A DNA stretch of 64,000 nucleotides from Podarcis cretensis (Eukaryota): the NCBI GenBank assembly GCA_951804945.1, contig OX638160.1, forward strand, positions 53,506,001-53,570,000, in the 5' to 3' direction. Below, piece after piece: positions 47,389 to 59,764 of this stretch. The notes below the pieces were generated by a model. That model had not been told where the DNA came from. It made no database searches and was given only the letters and a program-made list of their open reading frames with translations. The stretch's first letter is position 1. The number at the start of each line of letters is the position of its first letter. The position numbers and the translations under genes are program-made.

Positions 47389-48305
47389 AATGTGCACATC
47401 AACGTACACAGGAAAAATGGATCTGTGTGATGCACATGCACATTAACACACTGGTGTGTGCCCAGCCCTCGTGTGTCCCCAAGGCAAATGCATATAGAGC
47501 ACCAGGATGTACACATTGGTCCTTGGTAACATTGTAAATTAGTGCCTCACAGAGGGTTTTATTCTCTTCCCTTTGCCCTGCATGTGTGCAGTTACAACAG
47601 ATATAGCACTAACAAGCTGATTAGTTTTGGATAGACGAGCTTTTGTGTGACACTGGATCACAGGAAAAATTAATTTCAGAGGCTAGATGTTCGCATCTAA
47701 TTTAATATGCTGTTTAATAAAGAACCCACAGTCACTGGAAAGAGAACATGCACTTTGTCCTCTTCCTTAGATAGGAGAGTTCTCATACAGTGCACATTGC
47801 CACCTCCTTCCCTGAAGAACACAGAATACATCTTCCAGCTCTAAATGCTGCTGAACCTGTTTTTTCTCTCACTGAGTTTTGTCATAGTGTGGGCCTTTGG
47901 TACATGCAACCGAACATGTTTCAACTGAGCTGCTCAATTTATATCGGCACATTTTGCTTAAGTAGCCACAAAGGACCCCCTTTTACAATGAACTTTGCAA
48001 TGCACAATTAAGATGGGGACATGTGTTGCTGCTGTCACTATGTCACCCCAAAAGGCTGAATTCTTTGCCAAAATACTTTGTCCTTACCTAGTGACATCAG
48101 CTAAGGTCCACTTTGTAACATACTGTCTACTGTCTACATCTGTCTACATCATCAATTAGCAGAGCAATGATAATGGATGCTCTGATCAAACATGTATACA
48201 TCTCTCTTTTAGGTTCTGCTCGTTTTCAATTTACAGGGTGTGATGATAAACAAAACACATTAGCTTTTTCTTAGGCATAGTGTTTGGCATACCCTATCGC
48301 TTGAT

Positions 48306-48546
48306 AGATTGTGAAGCTGAGGCTCCAATACTTTGGCCACCTCATGAGAAGAGAAGACTCCCTGGAAAAGACCCTGATGTTGGGAAAGATGGAGGGCACA
48401 AGGAGAAGGGGACGACAGAGGACAAGATGGTTGGACAGTGTTCTCGAAGCTACCAGCATGAGTTTGATCAAACTGCAGGAGGCAGTGGAAGACAGGAGTG
48501 CCTGGCGTGCTCTGGTCCATGGGGTCACGAAGAGTCAGACACAACA
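48306..48546 (+). mobile_element. Bov-B/RTE 3' fragment
   Basis: KLRLQYFGHLMRREDSLEKTLMLGKMEG... Confidence 0.9.
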
Positions 48547-48735
48547 AATCTCTTGATAATCTCCACAATCTAACCAGGGCCAGTGTCAGAGAATGAGCCA
48601 CCTGAATCACTGCTGTCTTCTCTTCATGATGATGGTGGCTGATCTCCATGTCTCCCCCTCACAGCTTACTTTCCCTAGACCCACTCCATGACTTTTCTTC
48701 TCGCTTATATCATACCCTCCAACATTTCTCCAATG

Positions 48736-49094
48736 AGGTAAAGACACCTGACAGTTAAGTCCAGTCGCTAATGACTTTGGGGTTGCAGCACTCATCTCAC
48801 TTTACTGGCGGAGGGAGCCGACGTTTGTCTGCAGACAGGTTTTCCAGGTCATGTGGCCAGTATGACTAAGCCGCTTCTGGCGAAACCAGAGCAGCGCACA
48901 GAAACACCATTTATCTTCCCGCCAGAGTGGTACCTATTTATCTACTTGCACTTTGACGTGCTTTCAAATTGCTATGTTGGCAGGAGCTGGGACTGAGCAA
49001 CAGGAGCTCACCCCATCGCGGGGATTTGAACCGACGACCTTCTGATTGGCAAGCCCTAGACTCAGTGGTTTAGACCACAGCGCCACCTGCGTCT
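48736..49094 (-). mobile_element. Sauria SINE (long subfamily)
   Basis: Colinear with the 39081 copy. Confidence 0.88.
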
Positions 49095-49291
49095 AATGAA
49101 AATAGGGGTGTCCTATTCCTTATTATTGTTATTACCCTGCTCATCTGACTGGGTTGCCCCATTTTCCAACATATATAAAAACATAATACAACATTCTGGG
49201 ATCAAATCAGAAACCGGGATGGCTTCTGTAAATCCAGGACTGTCCCTGGAAAACAGGAACATTTGGAGGGTCTGTTATATGACAGCATATA

Positions 49292-49569
49292 TGACAGCAG
49301 CAGTGGTGAGGCCCTCCATCATCTCACTCTAGAAAGCGCCAAAAGGCCCCTTTTTGGAGCCACCAGCCTCCGCTTCTGCCTCTGATTCTGAACTGCTCTC
49401 TGCCACAGCCTCTTCCTGCTCACTAAACCCTGTTACCTCTTCAGCTTCTGACCCTTCCTCCTCCTTGTCTGCTTCCTCTTCTCCCTCTGACCACTCTCCT
49501 GGCTCTGAGCCTTCTTCCCCTGCAGCTCAGGCCTCCCATCACTCCTCTGCATCTAGCCAGTCCACGACA
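49292..49569. mobile_element. Putative solo LTR / TRIM-like element (278 bp)
   Basis: TG...CA ends; 4-bp TSD TATA at 49288-49291 and 49570-49573; strongly pyrimidine-skewed interior. Confidence 0.5.
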
Positions 49570-50464
49570 TATACAGCGGCAAAGTTGTGAACAGACGGAG
49601 TGATTTTTAAGAGGGAAATCAGTGAGAGGAGAGGTGGTAGTTTTCTTCAAATGCTCTCCCTCTAACTGTGATTCCAGAAAATGTGGTTGCTCTTCCAAGG
49701 AGCCCCCAGCTGCCTCCACTGATGTTTAGAAATTTCACATGCTAAATTAAAATATTTTGTACATCTAACAAAAAGACTACGAAACCTTCCCAAAACCAAA
49801 CATTTCTGTTTCAACTGTGGTATGTTAATTTAAATGAAGATCCCCTTTATGTCTTCATAGTGTCTCAGTACTAAAATGTTACGTTGTTGGCACAAACCAG
49901 TTAGCACATTTTAACACATACTCCATTTGCCATATTTCAGCAAAGTATAAAATGCTGGACAAATAATCATTTTCCTAAGTGGAATGTACTGTCAGCACAT
50001 CCTCCATGGTTAACTACAAAAATAAATCATCCAGCAAGACACCAGCCCATTGTTATTTTGAATCCATTTATAAACACTGATAAATAGCAGCAAGTAAAGT
50101 CTACAACTGAGCCAATGTTGTTCAACAGTCTTCTAAAAGTGGGATGTGATTGGGTCAATTAGAGCTAAAAGCCAGAAAGAAAGCCAGAAGAGCAGAGATG
50201 GAAAAGGATAGACTTAAGAAAAAAGGATACACACAACAAAAGCAAAAGCGTCTAATTCTGTGTATTCAATTGCATGCCCAAATCAAAAAATCCCCATTTC
50301 CCACCCACCAGCTGCAAAAGACTATCTTTATGGTGAATGCCTATCTGGGTCACCATACAAGGAATACCTCAGTGAATCCCCCCGATGATTAGGGATTTGT
50401 GCGTGATTGGAATGTCCCTGCTAAACAGGGACATCCCCTGAATGTTCTTTCGGATACAAGCCTT

Positions 50465-50612
50465 GATAGCTCAGATGGTGTACAGCATGAGACTTTTAAT
50501 CTCAGGGTTGTGGGTTGGAGCCTCACGTTGGACAAAAAGTTTCCTGCATTGCAGGGGCTGGACCAGATGACCCTTGTGGTCCCTTCCAACTCTTAACAGT
50601 TCTCTGATTCTA
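50465..50612 (+). mobile_element. tRNA(Lys)-like-head SINE with CR1-type tail
   Basis: gatagctcag..gagacttttaatctcaggg..ggttggagcc head (A/B boxes, TTT anticodon loop); tail cccttccaactc...gattcta. Confidence 0.75.
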
Positions 50613-50805
50613 GGTATTCTTTCAAAGCAGCTTGAGTAGACATAAAACATCTGCAGGAAAAACAAAAGGCAGACGAAAATGGGCTTCCTGCAGTATAAAG
50701 TAAAACCTAGATAGCTTGTAGTAAGCACAAAATGGGACCTGCAACAAAATCTATCCATTAGGGATGCTTCCTTCCAGGATTCTGGCCAGCCAGTTGTTGC
50801 TTTTT

Positions 50806-51902
50806 CTTTCTTTTTTTAAATAATTTTTATTAACTGGCCAATCACATCAAATTAAATCACATCACATAAATTCCAAATTACAAAGCCAAATTTTTAAATT
50901 TTGTTGGGGGAACCCATACTTCAAGATCCAAAGGGGGATTCAGATCATCTTCTTATTACTGCATTAATGTCCAAATCAGTCCCAATCAGTCCAGACAAAG
51001 TTCATAATTCTATCCAGTCTTATCTTGGTGTTTCCACATCATATCTTGTTCATATAATTTCTCTTTTCCCTTTACGATCTCTTCTGTTAGTCTCCTTAAG
51101 CCGGTAAGCAAGTATAATGATCCTGTGTGGATTTCCCGTTCCTCCAAACTAGGTGCAGATGGTTTCCATATATCTCCTTCGTAGAGAACATCGCTCTTTC
51201 CATCATAAATTAGGCATTGTCACTCTTAAGTCCCACTGAGAAGTTGATTTCTCTCTTTCTCCTCCCAGACCCAAGAGCTCCATCAGTGCCTCCCAAAATG
51301 GCGACGGCATTTTTAACTGCGTCATTCCAAAACTCTTAGCTTTCCAGCTTCGTCTTGAAACATTGCTTTGGTTCGAAAGTTTGTCTCCACACAGTCTTAA
51401 ATCCACAGCTTAAGTCCTTAATTTCTGACTCATTAGGGGAGGGGATTCTTGTTTAATCACATAAGAAAAGGAAAGGCAGGTTTTTTCCCCTCCCCCCTCA
51501 GTCATTTGTCGTACCGTATCTTGACGTATCTTCTCATATTTTATTTGTCTTGTTATCAGAGATCTCTTCTGTCAGCAGTCTTTACTCCCCCTTTTTCCTT
51601 GAAGTATGTGCAATTTATCTCGTCCAAATTGTTTCTTTTGAAGATTGTTGCAACCAGAGGCGCGGATCAGAGACGGCATCGAGGAGTGCCGGAATCCCAC
51701 AGGAGGGCTTTGTGCCTAGTGCCCCCACCCCCACAAATTCGGGGGTGGTATAGGGCACAGCAGGCAAGGGCCGTCCCACCACAATCCTGGGGGGGTTAAG
51801 GAGGCTAATTACCCCCATCATAGCCTCCAAATTACCTCGTGTGGGTCGGAGAGATGTTATTGTCAGCCATCTTCCGATGCGCCACCTAGTGCCCCCCCCC
51901 CC
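50806..51902 (-). mobile_element. Complete ~1.1 kb non-autonomous L1-type retroelement
   Basis: 16-bp TSD ccagttgttgcttttt at 50790-50805 and 51903-51918; minus-strand 5' G-run + AAGATGGC, CpG-rich leader, AATAAA + A-rich tail. Confidence 0.8.
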
Positions 51903-52168
51903 CCAGTTGTTGCTTTTTTCAGGACAAACCATTTCCCGTCCCCAGCTTTCAGGATTTTCTCCTCCTCTCCAACAGCATCTCACAGATGCTTAGGACAGTG
52001 AAGTCAGTGGGTTCCATTCACACAGCAGATTTCTATTTGTACATAGACTTTCCCCTTGCTGCCTCTGCAGCCCTGGAGCAGATTTTGAGGGTACGTGAGG
52101 AAAGGAGAGGAGGAGGAGGCCCAGTTGCACAAGCAGCATTTTCATGCAGCATTGGGTATAGCTCTATA

Positions 52169-52359
52169 CAGGGGTGCCAACTTGAATAAAATATTGTGGG
52201 GGGGCCAGGTAAGCCCCACCCTGCATAATCGATCACAAGATGCTGTGCACACACATCATATGAATGGCAGTGCCCATCATCTTTGGAAGAGCCCGACCCC
52301 CTCAAATATTTTATTGGGGGGGGGTGAAGCCCCACAGGCCCTAGGAGTTGGCTCCTATG
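52169..52359. mobile_element. hAT MITE
   Basis: CAGGGGTGCCAACT...AGTTGGCTCCTATG; perfect 8-bp TSD GCTCTATA. Confidence 0.85.
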
Positions 52360-52800
52360 GCTCTATATTTGAAACGGGGGGGGGGGGGCGTGTTGCCCTC
52401 CTGTCCTTTGCTTCTGACCTTATAGCTCTATGTTTTCCTATATCTTTGTGCTACTCTAGGACCATGGCCTTTGCAGGGAGTGAGACTGCTCAAAATATTA
52501 ATTACGTGACAGCAAAGAGCTCTGGGCTGCTTTCTCTGTTTAGAAAAGCCATCCTTTGCTGTGCTATAGGTTAAAAACTTTGCTTAAGGTTTGTTTGTTT
52601 CAATCCTACATTGTTCTGCCTTAATATTTAAAAAGCCAAGCTCTTCAGAACCCTGCAGGCATTGAGGCTGAGAAAGGCTCATGGGGCTTGAAGGTAGCAA
52701 AGACTGCCCTAGACCTCTGGAGAGAAAGAACAACACATCCAAAATTGATTGGCAGGCAGAAAGGCAATTCATGGCTCTATATGCCTAGGGGGGCTTAAGG

Positions 52801-53050
52801 TAGCGGTCAGCAAACTTTTTTCAGCAGGGGGCTTGTCCACTCTTCCTCAGACCTTGTGGGGGGGCGGACTATATTGGGGGGGGGGAATGAACAAATTCCT
52901 ATGCCCCACAAATAACCCAGAGATGCATTTTAAATAAAAGGACACTTTCTACTCATGTAAAAACACATTGATTTCTGGACCGTCCATGGGCCGGATTGAG
53001 AAGGCAATTGGGGTGGATCCGGCCCCCGGGCCTTAATTTGCCTACCCATG
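52801..53050. mobile_element. hAT MITE (uninterrupted copy of the 6435/14392 family)
   Basis: Same arms and interior as the 14392 copy; TSD degenerate. Confidence 0.8.
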
Positions 53051-53958
53051 GGCCTTAAGCAAACCAGTAAGAGGGTTGTTTTGTGTTGTGTGAGTTGCAT
53101 GGTGGACAGGGGGAGGGCGGGGGGGAGAGAGAGCTGAGCTCATGTACTGACGGAAACTTCAAGAACTTATCTCCGGGATTTAAAAGTCTGTAAACTGCTG
53201 GCATCTATTCTCCAACTACCTGGGGGATATTTGAACTTCACACAGAGCAGTGGAGCCAGCTGTCTCCCTGCACCACCGGCAGGGTGCAAATTTAATTAAT
53301 AGACCTCTAAGCTTGGAGGATGTAACAAGGAAGGAAGCTTGGCATTTCCCTGATCAAACAGATATGAGCATCTGTGATGAATGGCTGGGGCTCCAATTGT
53401 GGTGGAAAATGTACAAGGCAACCTGGGACACATAAAAGGCAAAGTGATGTGTCAATTTGTAGTCAAGTGTGAGCAATAAAGTCTGACAGACCATTACTCA
53501 GCTTAGATGGTACCGGAGAGTGGAGAATCCTGATTTTTGCCTCAAAGGGGGGACAGGGAAGAGGAGATAGAGAAAGGGCATGTAAATCAGTCACATTCCA
53601 TTTGTAAAGAGGAAGATCATAATTACTATGGTCCTTTTGCCTGCTCTTTGCAGCTGGCAGAGAGCGCTGCCGACAAACGGCCAGGGGCAATAAAACTCAT
53701 CAGTACTAAATCGATTAGAACCACTAATGCAGCGGACTGAGAGCAAGCATGAGGCACCAGTGAAACAGGGTCTAACATCCGCATCAGAGCTCATGCACCA
53801 CCATGACAGGCAGCCAGTAATATACGACAGGGTTCAGGCGATGCTCAGGGAATGCTGTAACTCTGTTCAGGGCTACCAGGACTTCATGAGCAAGGTGGCT
53901 TTGAGAACATATACACAGATTTTTAAAATTAGATTTACACTCCAGCTTTTCCTGCAAA

Positions 53959-54311
53959 GGGACACGGGTGGCACTGTGGGTTAAACCACAGAGCCTAGGA
54001 CTTGCTGATCAGAAGGTCGTGGTTCGAATCCCCGCGACAGGGTGAGCTCCCGTTGCTCGGTCCCTGCTCCTGCCAACCTAGCAGTTCGAAAGCACGTCAA
54101 GGTGCAAGTAGATAAATAGGTACCGCTCCGACGGGAAGGTAAATGGCGTTTCCGTGCGCTGCTCTGGTTCGCCAGAAGCGGCTTAGTCATGCTGGCCACA
54201 TGACCCGGAAGCTGTACGCCAACTCCCTCAGCCAATAAAGCGAAATGAGTGCCGCAACCCCAGTGTCTGTCACAATTGGACCTAATGGTCAGGGGTCCCT
54301 TTACCTTTACC
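53959..54311 (+). mobile_element. Sauria SINE, full length
   Basis: GGGAC start, ggttcgaatcc B-box, cctttacctttac tail; TSD tttcctgcaaag. Confidence 0.92.
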
Positions 54312-54756
54312 TTTCCTGCAAAGAGCTGAAGGAATGGTACATTGGTTTCTTCCCTCCCCTTCCCTCACTATCCTCAAAACAACCCTAGGAGGTAGGCTGA
54401 GGCTGAGAAGGAGCAACTGGACCAAGGTCACCCAATTCGCTCCTTCTTTGCTGTTCTATGGCTTTTTGCCATCACATTTTTAAACTTATCCTGCCAAGCG
54501 CAAGCACTAGAAACTTTGCTGGTACTGAGCCTCTCAGGATTCGAGCAAGCATGTGGGGTGGCTTAGTGGTTGGAATAGGACCATGGTTTGAATTCCCGCT
54601 TGGGCAGGAGGCTCCCTGGGTGATCTTGAGCCAGTCACTGTGTTCAACCCACCTCACAAAGCTGTTGTGCAGTTAAACAGAGGAGAATCACATATGCTAG
54701 CTTTAGCGCTCCTTTTGAGAAAAGGGACTATATAGGGACTATATAGGGACTATATA

Positions 54757-55121
54757 GGGACGCAGGTGGCGCTGTGGGTTAAAGCCTCAGTGCCTAGGGC
54801 TTGCCGATCGAAAGGTCGGCGGTTCGAATCTCTGCGGCGGGGTGCGCTCCCGCTGCTCGGTCCCAGCGCCTGCCAACCTAGCAGTTCGAAAGCACCTCCG
54901 GGTGCAAGTAGATAAATAGGGACCGCTTACCAGCGGGAAGGTAAACAGCGTTTCCATGTGCAGCTCTGGCTCGCCAGAGCAGCGATGTCACACTGGCCAC
55001 GTGACCCGGAAGTGTCTCCGGACAGCGCTGGCCCCCGGCCTCTTAAGTGAGATGGGCGCACAACCCCAGAGTCTGTCAAGACTGGCCCGTACGGGCAGGG
55101 GTACCTTTACCTTTACCTTTT
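54757..55121 (+). mobile_element. Sauria SINE, distinct CpG-rich (young-looking) subfamily
   Basis: gggacgcaggtggcgctgtggg..., divergent 3' half, (ACCTTT)3 tail; TSD actatatagg. Confidence 0.9.
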
Positions 55122-56872
55122 ACTATATAGGTAAGGATTCTGTTGTAATATTTATAGAGAAGCAGTAAACCTGAACTATGCTGGAATTTCTAGCAAAGAA
55201 AAGTAGGCTCGTTTTTAACCACCCATTAATGAAATCTAGTTTTGCCCTGTAGCCCCATTCTGAACGAAGAATAAAGTCTTTTCAGTTATTCATTTAATTT
55301 GAAGCAACCCATTTAATTAACATTTGCTACCAACACATCTGAGTTTTCTTGAAGAACTCAGAAACATTCATTACTCTTTCCTTTCGTCCTGGAATGACTG
55401 AGGTATATGGAAGGCTAGATGAAAGATCTTTGTTGGGGCAACTTATTACTTTCCTGTCTGTCACGGTGGTCAAGGGAATGAAAAGTCATTAATCACCTAT
55501 CAAGGAAGAGGATTAGAGTTGCCAAGGATTTTAAAAGGGATCATCAAACCATGGCAATTAACTAAAACGAATAAGACAACGTCAGGCTGGTTTTTGAAAA
55601 CCAAAGAGCAAGTGATAGGTAACAGATCTTGGCTGATAAGAAGAAAACTGATGCAAGACATTTCCTTGCTGAATAAAATGGGGAAAGGTGAAATAAGATG
55701 GGGTGAAAGAAACATGAGTAGTACTTCTGCTTCTCAACCTCTTTGGCGTCTTAAAACAATCTGCAAGGGAGTGCTTATTCCCCAAAGTAACTGAGGAAAC
55801 CCAGCCAGATTGGCAGGGTATAAATAATAAAATATTATTATTAAATTATTAAAGTTACCCCATGAATGTTATCTATTTATTAAACGTATACCCACCCGTC
55901 CTCCAAAGAGCTGAAGGCAACAAAACACTCTACCCGTTGTTTATACTCAATAACAATCTTGTGAGGTAGGTTAATCTGAGATGTCATGACTGACCAAGCT
56001 CCCTCAGCATCCTTCATGGCTTACTGGGGAGTTGAACCTGGGTCTTCCTAGCCCTAAACTATCACTCTAACCACAACCATCTGTGAGCAGCCACGAAGAA
56101 CCACGTCAGCCATCACCAGGGAGTACAGCATTTGCCCCAGCCCTTGAACAAGCAAGACAGAAATTCACATGCCCTTGTTGATTTGAGAAATCAATTGCCC
56201 TATTTGTATATGATGGCACGTTTACATTATGATGCATATTCAAATGCAAAAGAAAAGATGGAGGCAATGTGCAGTATCTCATCTGACTTGCAAGGTGGAT
56301 ACAAATGCACTAGAGATGGATGCAGATTCCCGGTCTCTAAATCTTAGTTGTATGCAGAGGCTATTTGTTGCCCATCTGCATCAAGCTTATAGGACTATCT
56401 GTCCAGGGCTAGTTCAAGACATTTCAGTACTCTGGACAGAGGCCTAACACTACTAGCCTGGCTTTAAGCCTTTCTCCATCACCATCCTCTGCCTCAAAAG
56501 AGCAACAAGATTTAATGAGCTTTGAGGTACTTTCCGTTACTCAGCAATTCCACCCAGATACTCCAGTGTTCATAGCAAATCCATGTTCCTTAGGTGAAAT
56601 CATTCCATTCAAGAAGTATTGACTTAACCCTTGATATTCAAATGCAGTTCTTCCCACACACAAATGCCAGAAACACTTGATTGCACAAATTAAATTCACA
56701 AATTAAACTACTTATGAGACCAATTTTGTAACTATGGGGGTGGCAGATGGATGCATCAAGAGCTAAAACAGGCACATTAATTCCCATTCATTGCCATAAA
56801 AAGCATCCACTCAAGTGAGTTTTGTTCAGTGATAAGTTCTGCCTTTTAGTACATATTTGGCTGAGATTGTTA

Positions 56873-57362
56873 GGCATTACAGGAAGAGAAATTAACAAAA
56901 GTGATTATAAACTTTTCCAATATGCAGTGACTGCGGCTAGAATCCTAATGGCTCAAAAATGGAAACAAGAAGAATTACCGACACTGGAAGAGTGGAGGCT
57001 GAAACTTATGGACTTTGTGGAATTAGATAAAATGACTGGAAAAGTTAGATACCAGAAAGATCACAAGTTCACTCAGGACTGGAGAAAGTTTACGATATAT
57101 CTGGAAAATATTTGTGATGAACAGACAACGCTAGTTGGATTTAAAGAGGCTTTGTGATGAGAAAGGGTATTGTAAAGAGAAAAAGAGATGTAAAGATATT
57201 ATAAATTGGCAATATATTATAAAGGAAATGCGGAATAAATATTAAAATATGAGGATTGTGGGGGGAGCTGGTGGAAGTCAAAAAAATTGTAAATTGGAAA
57301 ATATGGTTGTATTCGAACAAATTTGTAAAAGAAAATTTCTTAATAAAAAATTATTAAAAAAA
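56873..57362 (+). mobile_element. 5'-truncated L1 (ORF2 C-terminus, 3' UTR, poly-A)
   Basis: GITGRE...LFQYAVTAARILMAQKWK.EELPTLEEW..KLMDFVELDK; AATAAA + A tail; TSD agattgtta at 56864-56872 and 57363-57371. Confidence 0.88.
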
Positions 57363-59392
57363 AGATTGTTAAGTCTTAGGCAACTGGGTTCCAGCTCCAA
57401 ATCCAGCCAATATCTGCATCATAGATTGGAAAATGATTGAGCAGCCTAAGAACCAAATCCTGGACCATGAGCATGTAATATTCAGCTACACTTTTCCTTA
57501 CTACCTGATGGCTGTGAAATAACAGGGTCATTTGGAATAAATCTCATCCTCTAATCAAAGTTCAATATTTGGCACAAGGAAGTTAGTGAAAAATTATCCT
57601 GCTACTGTTATCTGGAGCACACAGACCCAGGATGTGCATAGCATCAATCTTAAAGAACTGGGGGAGTTATAAGCAAGGACTGTGTCACATTTCCACTAGG
57701 AAATTAAGTAATGACATTTCTGCATGACTTGGCTCAGTCCAAACTCTGAAAGGCCAATAACAAGCAGGGCTACTGTGATTAGGGATCAGACATTGTCATT
57801 CCAGGGACATTAAGCTAATTACAATCCTGCTAGCTCCTGATTGTTCTGTTAGTGTTTGAGGCAGACAGCCTGTTGCTGCAACAGATTTTTAAAGTAACCC
57901 TTTGAAGTTTCTTTCAAAGCCAATGTAACTGGGATTTTTTTTTTAAAAAAAATCTGTATTCATTTATGCACCACATAGTAGTGTTTCGAGAAGGTAGTGT
58001 TGGCATCTGCTGCAGCCGAAGCAATGAGTCTTGTGGGTTTTTAAGACTTATCAAGGCTAAACCTTATCATATGCACGAAGTGTAAAAAGTAAAGGTAAAT
58101 GTATAAATACACACATGGATGCAAAAAAGGCATGTGCGTGTAAAGGTTGAGGTTAAATGGCAATGGCATGCAGAAAGTACAGTCTGTGGCAAGTGCTCAC
58201 CTGTATGCAAAATGACCTTCACAGCAACAGTAACTGGTGATGATGCAAACATCTGAATCATTGCTGAGTAAATTTAACATCTTCAGTGGGAAAGGAAACC
58301 ATTGTCTCTATTCAGACTCCAGTGGATAAAACTGAATGTTTTCATAAATTGCTATTCAGCAGCTTCTGACACCTCTTGCATTATTTGACTTTACATTATT
58401 TTACTTTCTTAAAAAACAAAACAAAAAACTCATCTCTGTATTATATATTTAACCACTTCCTTGACCGCCATGCAACAAAGTGGGCATTCTGCTCCACCTG
58501 AAAGCTTATACAAGAACCTTTAAGATGTCACAAGACTCTGGAGTTAGCAGTATTTGTTGTCCAAACATCACTGGAGAATGAACAAACCACCTCTATACTG
58601 TGATGTAACATAGATTTAAAATTGCAACTGCATGTTGTTATCAACCATGAAGCTTAGCTTTATGAGGTCAAAAAGAAGTTATTGAGCCACACATGAATAA
58701 TATGTGAAGACTTTCAAGTCCAGGGCAAAGTCAATTCATCATACTGGTACATATTTTCCGAGCATCTATTACTCACATCTTTCATATCATGTCCCTGCTT
58801 CAAAAAGATTCAAGAACAGCCAGAACAGAGATTTTCCCTCCCCCTCTCTAGATAGCAACATCACATCCCTCCTGAAAGACATTATTTCTAAAAAAAAGAA
58901 AAAGGATGAATGAGCGCTGCTGATTCTCAAGGAATCTCCCATTAAAAGAAATGCCCCTCTATTGAGTTTCTCAATATATCTCAATGAAAAGCCAAGAACA
59001 AGCCATTTTATTATCTGGGAGTGAAAAATTGAAATGCTTTCTATTGACGCTTTTAACAAGACAAATGCTGGCAGAAGGTTTGAACCACAAGATATTTCAC
59101 TTGTCTAAACAAAGTCAATTTTATTCTTAAAAGCTATTGTTCACCTGGAAGAATAAATCCAGGAAAAGAGAAGAGGTGTATATACATACATATATATTAG
59201 TTTACATTTAGGCTGGGTTTTTTATTTTTAAAACCCCATGATACATAAAGGACTACATTACTGAATCCATAGTATATGTCTATACCTTCAAACGTTTCTG
59301 ACACAGAACCCACTTTTAACCCAAACATGCATTTGAGAACGCACCAGTTGAAGACCTATGTTCTAGGTGAAATTCTCATGCAAAAGAAAATT

Positions 59393-59650
59393 TTGTTGTT
59401 TAGTCGTTTAGTCGTGTCCGACTCTTCGTGACCCCATGGACCAGTGCACACCAGGCACTCCTGTCTTCCACTGCCTCCCACAGTTTGGTCAAACTCATGC
59501 TGGTAGCTTCGGGAACACTGTCCCACCATCTCGTCCTCTGTCGTCCCCTTCTCCTTGTGCCCTCAATCTTTCCCAACATCAGGGTCTTTTCCAGGGAGTC
59601 TTCTCTTCTCATGCAGTGGCCAAAGTATTGGAGCCTCAGCTTTAGGATCA
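59393..59650 (-). mobile_element. Bov-B/RTE 3' fragment
   Basis: ILKLRLQYFGHCMRREDSLEK...RTRLND on the minus strand. Confidence 0.92.
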
Positions 59651-59764
59651 TTAGTTTTGTTAATTAATTAATTAAGTAGTTAGTTAGATGATTCAGCAGC
59701 TCAGTGATGGAATAGGTCATATGTTCTGGACATAAATCCTTGGTAACTTATTAAAGCATTACAT

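Noticed and set aside
49354-49590. Ser/Pro-rich protein ORF
   Set aside because: Low-complexity translation of a CT-skewed LTR-like repeat.
50465-50540. Functional tRNA-Lys gene (likewise a tRNA-Ile at 59765)
   Set aside because: Acceptor and T stems are broken and the sequence continues into a shared SINE body and tail.
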